Assembly (NCBI GenBank): GCA_017654855.1
Contig: CM030338.1
Span: forward strand, 3,286,001-3,350,000
Length of the DNA: 64,000 nucleotides
From: Podospora anserina
Lineage: Eukaryota
Direction of reading: 5' to 3'
Both the position numbers and the translations under genes were made by a program. The notes under the pieces were generated by a model that made no database searches, was not told the DNA's origin, and saw only the letters and a list, made by a program, of their open reading frames with translations. Shown here one piece after another: positions 11,716 through 23,600 of the stretch. Numbering within the stretch: the first letter of the stretch is position 1; each line of letters opens with the position of its first letter.

Positions 11716-14700
11716 TGAAGTGGAAATGTGTTGGATGATTTGCCAGTGTCTTGACCGGAAATAATTTCCTGGAACCGGTATCTTTTCGGCCGGTGAGTGG
11801 TGAGTGATGAGTTGTTCATTCGATCTGTTGCATATAGATGTTTGGCTAAGGGGAAAGTGATGTGACAAGTTCCATTTGTAGGTGCTCTCTACGCCCGGGT
11901 TGAGTGGGTGAGGCTGAAAGTAAGAGTGGGGGAGAGTGTCTACCTAGACAAGAGACAGGGTACACTCCAGTTGAATCTATGTGCATGATACTTCAGCACC
12001 CTGATGAGACGAGCTATTATGGGGTATTCCTGTTCCTGTCACGGGTTCTGGTGACGAATCCTCGATGGAGGTCCGCAGGTAGATATTGTGTAACTTAACG
12101 CTATACAGTCGTCGGTCAGGGCAACTTTCTGACATGTCAATTTCCAATTGTAAAAGCTGCGAGTTGGTTTTTGCTATTCAGGGGATAGCATAACAAGCAG
12201 TGTAACAGAACAGTTGAGGGGACTGAACCTCTACTGGGTCAAATTATAGGCGATGTGTTACTTACCCCAGGGGTCCACATCAGTTATGAGTTGTTTTCTC
12301 TCACAAGGCAGAACCCAGCAATTGTCCAATCCCCACGGTCTAGCTGTTGTGTTGTCCTGTCGTGTAAGTTCAAGATCCATGCATACCTACACCTACCCGC
12401 TACTGCTGCTGCTGCTGCTGCCTTTTAGGCTTCCCTCCTCCCCAACCACCACACTACCTACATGTCCTTTTATCCAACGGGTACGGGTACACACACTTTC
12501 TGACACCACCATTGAGTCTCTGTTGCTGCTAAATCACACACAGTGTCCGTATTTTTTTCCAAAAGCTGGGTGTGCCCTTTTTAGCTTTTAGTGGTAGCCA
12601 ATGAATAACCCTCCGTCCGCCATCATCATCGTTTGCTGGGTAAACGATGATGATGGCGGAGCAGTTGTGTGTGTGTGTGTGTGTCATTGTGTCATTCGAG
12701 TGATATATTTCCCGTTTGGATTTGTTTCAATTAAGACCAGCGGCAGGCACGTGAGAGGTTACAGTCCTACCGTGCGTTGTCTACGTACATAACCATCCCA
12801 TCCATCCGCCCAACCACCATCTTTCGTGGGTGGGCGGATGGGTAGTTGATAGATCAAACTCAACAACGGATCGACTTGTCGGCCTTAAGCTACCTTATCG
12901 AACAATCTAACTCCGATGTCTGTGTGCGAGGTCGATGATCCGTCGGATGAACACTCCCCATTATCAAACGCTATCTTGTCTAGATTGAGAGGTAGCAGTG
13001 TGTATCTGTCTGTATGTAGAGTCGGATCCGGGAATGTGCACGAGATCTGGGCTAGCGAGATGCAGGCCTGCGGATAGGGGTCGACATGTGTGGGAGGGAA
13101 AAAATGCCCTGAGTGGCTTACAGCTGTGTTACCCTTCCTCTTTGGGACTTGCCGGATCACCACCACCACCACCACACCACTACAAAACACAAGCCAAAGG
13201 ACAAGACATTTGGCAGCTGTTTTCCAAGGCCGGCAGTCCCTGTGCCTTGAACAAGAGTGCGGGGGGGTGGCCCACCACCAAAAAAAAAAAACCAAAAAAA
13301 GAAAAACAAGGACAAGCAACACGATTGTGCCCCCTTTTGATAATCGATCGACGGATTGAGGAAATATGACGCTGGTGAAGAGAAGGGCCCTGATATGGGG
13401 GAACAAATAGACATTGTTTCGCAAGTTGTATCCCATTGTATCCGATGACCAGCACACCTGATAAAAAGGTGTCAATAGTAATAACAATAGGCGTCCGGAG
13501 GTGCATATGACAGAGTCATCTTCTTTCTGTCCTCAGACTTGGCTCAGTGCACGGATTCTTGGGATTGACCAGTGAGCAAGCTTCAAACAGCACGCGTGCG
13601 GTGGCAGGCAGTTGCTGGAGTTCTGGACAAACACATGCAGCGGCCAACCGGAAGACGCCATGCTCACACACATTAACATGTGGAAGATGTCAAGAGGAGG
13701 AGGTCGGACACGAAAGGGCGAAAGGGCGGGAAGATGGATGGCTGTGCTAAGAGTCCCACCGACAACACCGATTAGGGATAAGGCAGGCCCCCCGGCCCCC
13801 CGGCCCCCCTGCCCTGTCCGATAAACTGTTCGTTCGACAGCCTCACTCTCGGAGGCTGCTGTGTAAATGAGACAAACTTCCGGCAGGCCTGGTTGCTGCA
13901 TGCGCCATCCGCCCGTGTTTTTGGCTGGAACCATAGAACGGGCAGCCACCGGCTTTTCGGACAACCTGTGGTACGGAGTATTGAGCAAAAGCCAAAGACC
14001 GGCGTGGAAAGGCGCTAGAAGCAGAAGTTTACTAGAGATGGCGGAGCTGTGTCCAGATGTCCGATGCTGCTGGAGCTGATGGAGCTGGGCTGCTGGAGCA
14101 TTGGAGCATGGAACAAGCTTGGAACCTCTTTGGTAATCGTTCCTGGCCGTGGTGCGTCGACGGCGCGGGCGTATTGACCACCTGACGATACCGCCGTGCC
14201 ATTCCTCCGTGGCTCGTTTGGGTGGCCGCCCTTCTGTGTCCAGTGTCCATGTCGATCGGATGTGTGCCCCGGCTCCGCCTGGTTTGTGTTTCTCTCTTCT
14301 TGAAAATAAGAAGCTTGTATGACCATGACAGCAGCAAGGGAACGGCTCACCAGCATGGACATCGATGCACCCCCCGATGCAGGTGAGAGGTGGTGTACAT
14401 TATGGGTGGGGGGCAGCCGGTGACTGTGCGGGTGTCTTGTCTGGCTGTCTGTCTGTGACTCCACTGTGGAGGTGGAGCAGCCCCTCGACTCCCGGTTGGT
14501 CGATTCATCATGACGGGCTGTCTTGTAAGTGCGAGTCCGTTGTATTGAACGAGAGAAGAGAACCGGTTGTTTCATCTGGACCACACATGGGGGAAGAAGG
14601 GCGAGCTCGCTGTTGTATCTTGTGTTGGTCAGTCATCTCGCCATTTTGAGGGCGCAAACGTGCTTAGCTCATCAGGATGGCCTCCGAAGGCGCAAGACGC

Positions 14701-15260
14701 AAGACCAGCGGTAAATGATGCAGATGGCGGTTCTGGCTTGTTCTAGCTTGTGTCTGGGTTCAGGTGTTCGTCAAGGTTACAGAGCTCCAAACACTGTGAA
14801 CACTGTGCTGTTATCGCGGGGCTTATCGTCCCAAATGCCGTTTTGGGTCCAGTCACGGGAGACAGCCGTGGCCTCCGGTCTCTCTCTCGACGTAACAGAC
14901 TTGAGGTACCTGCAACGTACCCTGACGGCTGGTGGCCAGTGCATCGATACCTCGAACTACTTTGAAGCATCACGAGCAGCATTCACAGCAAAACCCCTGC
15001 TTTTCTGCCGCTGCAGCACCCCCAGTAACAGAAGAGGCCTGGCTCCATCTGCTGTGTCCGTATCGTCGTCACCCTCTCGTTCATTCACAGGTCTCTCCCA
15101 GGTTCCTGCTCTTTTTCTGCTGTTTCTCCCAACACCGCCCGTCTTTCATCTTCCTCCTCCCTTTGTGCCCTCGCCCTCTGCGCTCTGTACTCTAGCCCGC
15201 CCCTTCTATTGTTGCGAAACCTGGGGAAATCGAGCTCTGGATCCTGCAGTCGATCGAGTC

Positions 15261-15267
15261 TGAGTCA
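15261..15267. promoter_or_regulatory. Perfect Gcn4/CPC-1 (AP-1) site TGAGTCA upstream of ATG1
   Basis: tctgagtcattc, ~800 bp 5' of the ATG1 start. Function is inferred. Confidence 0.45.
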
Positions 15268-16071
15268 TTCAGTTGACTTTGGACGTCAGCGTGCCGCGGT
15301 GGAGCTAGCTTCCCCCAGCCTGACCCTACTGATAGCGATAAACTCCCAGGCGCAGTAGTAGTAGCCTATCCCCGATCTACCATCACCATTCACCACTGCT
15401 CTTCTCCGTGCCACTCCTCCAGTCTCTCTCTCTCTCTCTCACACACTCTCTCGGTCTCTCCTCACCGTCGCAACCGCCGGACCACCGTTACCCCAGACTA
15501 GAAAGCCTGGGACCACCGCCGCTAACCACCAACTCTGCTGTGTCTGTCGACCGAGCCGGCTCCTCGCTTTCAACAAGTAGCTGCTGTAATCAGTCACCCA
15601 CTCTATCCGCCACCCTTCCTATCGGGGCACCCATCACCCATCAACCTTTGCATCACCAACAAGCTTCAAGACACCCAGTATAGTGGCTGTTGCGTCCCCG
15701 CGTGTCTTCGTACCCACAAAAGAAACTCTGCCCATTCTCTCCTCCCTCAGCTTTTGGAGCCGCTTCCACTTTCCTACACCACCCGACCTATCGGATATCT
15801 ACCTTTCGGTCTCTCTCGTCCTCCAGTCCTGCGCTGTCCTATAGGCAACACTACCCTTGGCTTCTGCCTCACCCTTCCCCTCTTTCACCTTCGAGCGCCG
15901 TGCATATCAGCTTTGTCACCCTTGGCCACATCCATAGCTGTCCACCGAGACCCACGAAGTATACATGTCGATCGAGCCTCCCGCCCACGTCTTTCGCATA
16001 GCATAGGCCCTCGGGCTCTCTTTTTCATTTCAAGCCAGCTCCCCCGTGCTTGCCAACATCAGCAGGTAGCC

Positions 16072-19000
16072 ATGGCCGACAGACAGTTATCGTCCGCCTC
16101 GTCGTCGAGGCGGCAAAAACAGCCAACCGATGGTGCCGTCGGGCAGTTCGTCATCGACAAGGAGATTGGAAAGGGTAGCTTCGCCCAGGTCTACTCTGGC
16201 CGGCACAAGGTTCGAACTCCCCATTTCTTTTGCGCCAGTGACCCCGCCGGGAAGAAAGACAGCGAGTTGCCTATCGGATGGCGTGCGGTGCTGCCAGATC
16301 AGGTGGAGTGGGAGTTGGACGTGTCTTTAATCTCATCGTCTCGGTTGCGCCGAATCCGCTAACATGGTCCCCTACGATAGGTCACGGGCGCCCTGGTCGC
16401 CATCAAGTCCGTAGAGCTCAGTCGCTTGAACAAGAAACTAAAGGAAAACCTGTACGGCGAAATCAAGATCCTCAAGACGTTGCGCCACCCACATATCGTT
16501 GCCCTTCATGACTGTGTCGAGTCGGCCACGCACATCAACTTGATTATGGAATACTGCGAGCTTGGTGATCTGTCGTTATTTATTAAGAAGCGGGAGAAGC
16601 TGATCACACACTCGGCTACCCGTGATATTGCCCGCAGGTATCCCATTGAGCACAACCAAGGTTTGCACGAGGTTATCACCCGCCATTTCCTCAAGCAGCT
16701 CGCAAGTGCGCTCAAGTTTTTGAGGGAAGGAAACTTTGTTCACCGAGATGTCAAACCACAGAACCTGCTGCTGCTGCCGTCGCCGCTCTTTCGGGAAACT
16801 CACCATTCGGCCAAGCAAATCTTGAGTGCTAGTTACGACTCGCTGATGCCAGCAGCAGGACTTCCGTCGCTGCCTATGCTCAAGCTTGCCGACTTCGGCT
16901 TTGCTCGCGTGTTGCCCTCGACGTCACTCGCTGAGACGCTGTGTGGGTCACCGCTCTACATGGCCCCTGAGATTCTCCGGTATGAACGGTACGATGCCAA
17001 AGCGGATCTGTGGTCGGTGGGCACCGTTCTGTATGAGATGGCGACAGGGAGACCTCCCTTTAGGGCCGGGAATCATGTGGAGCTGCTTAGGAAGATAGAA
17101 GCTGCTGAGGACCAGGTCAAGTTTCCTCGCGAGAGCGTGGTCAGTCCGGAGTTGAAGAGCCTCGTCCGAGCTCTCCTGAAGCGGAATCCCGTGGAACGGA
17201 TCAGCTTCGCCGACTTTTTCAACCACACCGTCATCACAGGGCCCATCCCCAATCTCCACGAGGATGACCTCCCGAAGCCGGAACCACAGCAGGTGAAGGA
17301 GACAGTGCGGCCCGAAGGGTCACTGTCTCTATCACGTCGGGATTCCCAGCGTGGCAAAGCGGCCACAGGCGTTCTGTCCTCCCCCAGGCCTCGGCCATCA
17401 TCGCCACTGGCGACACCGATCGAGAAACCGAACCCACTGGAGCAAGTGCCAGGTCCTCGTGCTGGCTTGAGCTACTCGCCTGCTGGAGATGGGTTGGGAA
17501 TTACCCGCCGGCCAGCTGTTCAGCCATCTACTTCAGCGCCAGCCCGCCCCGTCATGTACGTGGACCGCTCTCGAGCAAACTCGACCGCCTCGCAGAGACC
17601 ACCACGAGAATCCATCGTGCCGGACCCTTCACAAACCCTTGCATCGCAACCTCGACCAAAGAGCAGGCCGACCAAGCCCCTGACAGAGGAGGAGAAGGCT
17701 GCTCAGGATGTTGCTTTGGAGCGTGACTACATCTTCATCGACAAGAAGGGCGTGGAGGTCAATGCACTGGCTGACCAAATCTCCATGTACCCGCAATCGG
17801 TCCCCAAGTCGGGTCAGATTGTTCGGCGCGCTACCCAGCAAGGGCACCCAACATCAACGACTGGTGCTGTTTCCGCCCGAAACAACCACCTTCGACAAGG
17901 GTCATATGACAAGCCACTCTCTAGCAGCCCCGGCTCGACAACTTCTGCCATCTCCAAGGCAATTCAGGACGCCAGTCTTCGGCTTTTTGGGTTCAACGTG
18001 GCGCCTCATCTGCTCAGCAAGGGCCAGTCTCCGCCCCAGATCTACAGCCCTTTCCCGGCATACCCGACGCCCTCTGCACCGGCCGGGCTGATCTCGGATG
18101 GGAAGCACACCACGCCGGTGGACGAGGATTCCCGCGTGGCCCAGTGCATTGAGGATTGGGCCACCCGAAGCGATGTGGTCTATGGCTTTGCCGAGGTCAA
18201 GTACAAGCAACTTGTTCCATTGGCCCCTTCCATGGATTATGGCCTTGGCGGCGTTCCTGCCGACAAGATGGAGGAAGAAGATGGCCTCACCCTCGAGGCA
18301 ACAGTCTCTCTATCAGAAGAGGCCCTGGTATTGTACGTCAAGGCGCTGTCTCTTCTTGCCAAATCCATGGACATTGCTAGCCTATGGTGGACACGCAAGA
18401 GCAGGTCGGACAACAGCAACAGCATCCACTCAGCCGCTCGCGACTCGGTTAACAGCCAGGCGTTGGCACTGAAGATCAATAGGGTGGTCCAGTGGATCCG
18501 GTCCCGGTTCAACGAGGTCTTGGAGAAGGCTGAGATTGTGCGGTTAAAACTCATCGAGGCTCAAAAGCAGCTTCCCGAAGATCACCCCAGCCACCCCAGC
18601 AATCATCAAACCGAGGTCAGCTCGGTGACGGGTGCCGAAGGAGTCATCCTTTCGCCAGGTATCAGCGCCGAGAAGCTCATGTACGACCGCGCCGTTGAGA
18701 TGAGTAGAACTGCAGCCATCAACGAGATTGCGAGCGAAGACCTCCCCGGCTGCGAGATATTCTATTCGACTGCGATTCGCATGCTCGAGGCTGTCTTGGA
18801 TAGCGATGACGACCATCTTCCCAAGCGCAGGATATCAACCTCGTCTAGGGACGAAAAGGCTGAAGCTGCTGTCCGCGAGGACACCTCCGAGATGAGCAGC
18901 GAGGACAAGCAGTCTATTCAGAAGAGTGAGCAGATTTACCTCCTTTGTATTGGTTACCGTACTAACAGCTTGACAGTGATCCAGATGGTTAAAGCACGTC

Positions 19001-19119
19001 TCGCAAACCTCCAGAAGAAGATGCTTGCCATCTCTCGAGCTCAACAGCAGCAGCAACAGGACATAATTTCTGTCAGACGTCGTAGCGGCGAGATGGCACC
19101 ACGCAGTGTCCCGGTCTGA
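16072..19119 (+). CDS. ATG1: Autophagy Ser/Thr kinase Atg1; exons 16072-16209, 16381-18925, 18977-19119 (941 aa)
   Basis: [53 protein letters not shown], plus the C-terminal MIT/EAT-like region ([25 protein letters not shown]). Introns 16210-16380 and 18926-18976. Confidence 0.95.
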
Positions 19120-20615
19120 ACGTCTGACGATCCCAAAGCTGACGATTAACGAACAAACGACACCTATACAGGCTGCTACTACACACTTGAGCCCCGCGGC
19201 TAACGGTCTTGCCGGCCTTGTCAGGGCCTCGAAGGCCTGACGATCGCTTCAGGGACTATTTTCCTTGTGCAAATTCGTGTTTATGGTTTGGCACATCATA
19301 CATTATAACGGAGTTTGACCGCTGATTATTTCGTCGATATTTATACTTTTTTTCCAGTGGGCATATATGGCGCGGTTAGCATGGCTGTTCGTTCTTGATG
19401 AAGCCGGAATCAAGCCTATGCATTTCATGCCTCAGAATTTGAGGGCGCTTGGGGACAGACCAGCGCGTTTTTCTTTTTCTTTTTGCCTCTTCTTTGTCTT
19501 TTTTTTTGGTTTCGGACCTTTCTTGTATTCGGACCCATGGCACGGGAGGTGGCCTATTTTAAACAATTTTTCTCTTTTTGGTTTTGGTTCGGGGCGTAGA
19601 TATTATTGTTATCAATCTTTTATGGGGGCAACAAACGGGAAAGGAAACGGAGGGGTTTAGCGGGGAAATGGGGATCTTTTTTTTCTCTCCTCTCTTGGTT
19701 ATTACTGTAAGGAAACGGAATGGGGAGCAGTATTAGCAGTGTTTTATCACATTGCTTTTTTTTCTTGGTCTTGTTCTGGTGACTCCTTGTGGGGTTTTTA
19801 TTATTTGCATATCTCCTGTTGTGTTTTTGTGTGGTTGGGTCGAGTTGAGGAGAGAAGAAGGGAGAGGAGGAAGCAAATAGGCATACCCTTATGCTAAGAG
19901 AATGGGAAACTATCAAAACATGTGAGACATATGAGAAATTCATAAATATATGTGAATGCAGATAATAAATAGACAACACAACATGTTGTTGAGAGCAAGT
20001 GGTGTAAATGGTACAGGGAATGGGCTTTTCCCCCCTGGATTATTACTAGACATGAGATTTATAAAGGGGTAGTTGCCCTTTGAGAATCTGCATGGTTTTT
20101 TCTTGAAAAAAATGTCTTGAACACTTGGAGTGTCTATTGTTGGCTATCAATTCTCACCAAAAGTCTAAAGGACCGACAACATGTGCCCCCCTTCAGGAGA
20201 AAGGGAAAACTGAAAACTAACAAAGCGTTGAACTGAAAACTACCAGATTCAAGACTGTAAAAAATTTTAATTTGCCATTGATTCTGCCGTCAACTGCAGC
20301 GGCCAAACACGCTTTAAAAACGGACAAGGCGAAAAGCTAAAAACATCCAAGGTGGTCACAGTAATCAATCATCATCACGAATCCTGAAACAGAAAAAAAA
20401 ATTTCTTCCTTCTCTCGCTCAATTACACTTATCCACTTTCTCTCTCCTTATCAAATCACCCAAAAACATCAAAGACGCCCAACCCCGACCCTAATGAAAA
20501 CAAACACCAAAACAACCATGATGATATCAACTCCTACAAAACCATCATCCCACCCCCTTTTTTACTCAACCTAATTTCCATCCAACATCCCCCCTCCACC
20601 CTCATCATCCCAATC

Positions 20616-23600
20616 TTACTCCTCCCCCTCCTCCCCAGCCATCAAAACATCCCTCACCCCCTCCAAAACCCCAACAACCTTCTCCTCCAGCACAGTCTGA
20701 CAATCCCCCCCCCCTGCGCCCTCCCTGGTCTTCATCCCCCACCACTCCCTCTCCCTCTCCGTCAGCGGCAGCAACCTCTCCCTCAGCACCTTTCTACTCT
20801 GCAGCCAAAACTCGACATGCTCCAGCACCTTTCCCGAGTCCCACCCCGTCACCTCGGGTATATCCCTCGTGTTGTTCTCCCTCAACGCCCCCAACACCTT
20901 CGCCAGCAGACTCAGAGAGTGAATCTCGTTCATCGTCGCCAGGGTAATGTAAAAAGGATGGGTTCTGGTGCTGTCTTCTGAGCCAAAGGACATGGTGGGG
21001 ATTGTTCTGTCCATTCCCGGGGCTGCGAGCCTCTCGATAGAGGATTCAAGCAAGTTCGGGAACTGGTTCAACACAAAGGCTACCTCGGGCGCGATGGTAG
21101 GACCCAAGGCGCCGAGGATGTTGATTAGCATTGGCAGGAGGGCACGAGACCAGATCGAGTAGCAGCGCATCTTGTTGACGGATTCCGTAAAGGGGGTGAT
21201 GTTCTTCCTGCGGAGGAAGCCGGCAATGTTGGCCGAGGTGATGTGACCCAGGATGCCGTTGACGGCAAGCTGTTCGGCGATCTGGGGGAGGGACGAGAGT
21301 TCGAGGAGGAACAGCAAGGAGATCTCGCCGTAGACTGGGTCACCGTTGCGACCGACGAGCTTGTCGGACCAGCTGAACAGTGAGGTGGCGACTTGGAAGA
21401 TGTTGTGGTTGGACATGATGGTGATGATCTGCCCCTGGCATTGGTCGAGGCCGGGGACGGCGAGACAAGCCTGGAGGATGCCAGTCACCAAAGCCATGTC
21501 GTCAGGCTCAGTAGGGGAGCCAGGCTCGTGGACAAGACCAGCCAATGCACGGAAAGACTGAGCCACTACACGGTCGAGAATGGTGATCACCAACTGCGTG
21601 GCCGCTACCGAGGTCTCGGGGCCCGCCTTTGCGGGAGCGGGTGCATTGGAAGAGAGCTTGGTTCCGCGGAGCGTGACGAAGAGTATCCTCAGGAGTGTGC
21701 GGAAGTAGGTAATGTTTTCTGTGGCAAAAGGGTTGTCGACCACATTGATGGTTGTGGCAACCAGAGTCAAGAGCTGGGTAAAGTCCTTGGGTAGCTGTGA
21801 GCAATCAGCCAAACGCTTCAGCAGCGTCAGGGTCAAGTTAGCTCTCGACTCGGCAAGTCGGACAAAGATGTGGTCCGGAGCTGAAGGTCTTTGGTTGGCC
21901 TCCAGGCACTGCTCTGCCACTTGAATCATTTGCCTCGAAATGATGCCGCTCTTTGGCAACAAGCAACTGCTGAGTTCGAGAATGAGATACTCCCAAGCAT
22001 GAAAGAGGGCCTGCAATCAGTTAGTAATCTACTACTGCATCGCATGAACAGAAAGACACTCACCACCTCGGCTTCCACAAGCGACAGGTTGAGATTGGCC
22101 TTCTCCATCTCTGTCCGGAAACCATTCTTCTTAGACCCGGCTCCCGCCCAACCCGCATCATATCCGAGCATCTTTTCAGCGAAATCCATGCCATAATAGT
22201 ACTGTGCTCCAAGATTCTTGGGTACCAGGACGGTCCTCTTAAAGTCATCCAACTCAAGACCTGGATACCTCTGACTGAAATTCTTTGAAAAGTTAGAGTG
22301 TAGCGAGGCATTATAATCCGCTACCTGAACACCATGCCTAAGGAAATAGTCGAGGTCTTCCACAACCTTGGTGGCAAAGTCCTGCGCCTGACGCATCTGC
22401 CGCAAGTGGTAAAGCTGCATTGCAAAGGTCTCGGCAATGTAAGCTGCTATCCTGGCTTGGTAACCCGCCTCGGCCGGGTCGTTCTTAAAGACGAGCTCGG
22501 GAGCTTTGAGGTTCTTGACATAGGACCGCAGGCTACCCAAAAAGGACTTATCCTTTTGCATGGCAAAGATGGTCCAAGCCCAGTAGTTCTGCGCCGACGT
22601 GAAAAAGTCCAGAATGGCGAGGGCTTCCTGGCTAGGCAGCGTGGCAATAGACCGAAGCTTCTCCAACGCTGTGGACAGTACCGAGTCTGGTGAGATCTCT
22701 GCCATCTTTGCGTCACCCTTGAGAGCCTGGCGAGGGGTCTTGCCGGTGAGAAGACAGTTCGCCATCCACTGTTGCCGGTTGCGTAGGATGATGGAAAAGA
22801 AGTTCCAGGTCCTCACCACCTCGGGTATCCTGTCAAAGGGCTTGTCCAACTGGGAGGCAATCTGAATGAACGAGTGAGACACTTGCGGGCCAAGGTAGCC
22901 AAGCAATGATGGCGGTTCACCGGAACCCTTGCCGGCATTTTCGACCAGTGCGCTCAGCAGTGCTATGACAGGTATCTTGAAGGAGTGCTTGATGGCTGGA
23001 AGTCTAGCAACAAGGGCGGCGCACTTGAATAGCTGCGTTTGGATGGCGGCCGTGGGGTGGTCCAGGTAGCTAGCAACTCTCAGGATAATGGTGGCAAACG
23101 AAACCACCCCCGTGAGTCTTTCCGATACAATACGGGATCGATAAGGGTAGAGTGTCGAGTCGGTGATTTTGAAGGCGGCCAGGAGCGAGGTCAACAGTGG
23201 TTGGAATCGAAGCGAGCTGGACGCGGGAGCCAAAAAGCCTTCAATGATGTACCGAGAAGCCTCCAACAGGCAGCTGGTCAAGTTCTTGGGCGATTCCGGC
23301 GAACCCATGCTATATGTGTAGAAGAGCAGGCTGGTCATGATGTTCACCACCTCTGTGATCACAATGCTTTCGCCCACCTCTGACTCGAATCTCCATGTCG
23401 CTGAGTTTTCAAAGATGTCTACAGCGGTCTGGGCTATCGCAAGGCACACTTGAGACAGAATCTTCTCCGACATGCCGGCCCATGGGTTCTCGTCAATTCT
23501 GACGCGGGCATTGGGGCTTGCCGCCGTCTTCCGCTGCGCAGCACTCGACATTGCGTTTTCCACCAAGCTGGAGAACAGCTTCACAGCGGACTGCAGGAAG

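Noticed and set aside
12885..15263. Several 150-200 aa ORFs upstream of ATG1
   Set aside because: No domain motifs, no codon bias like the real genes, interrupted by homopolymers, and no consistent splice model.
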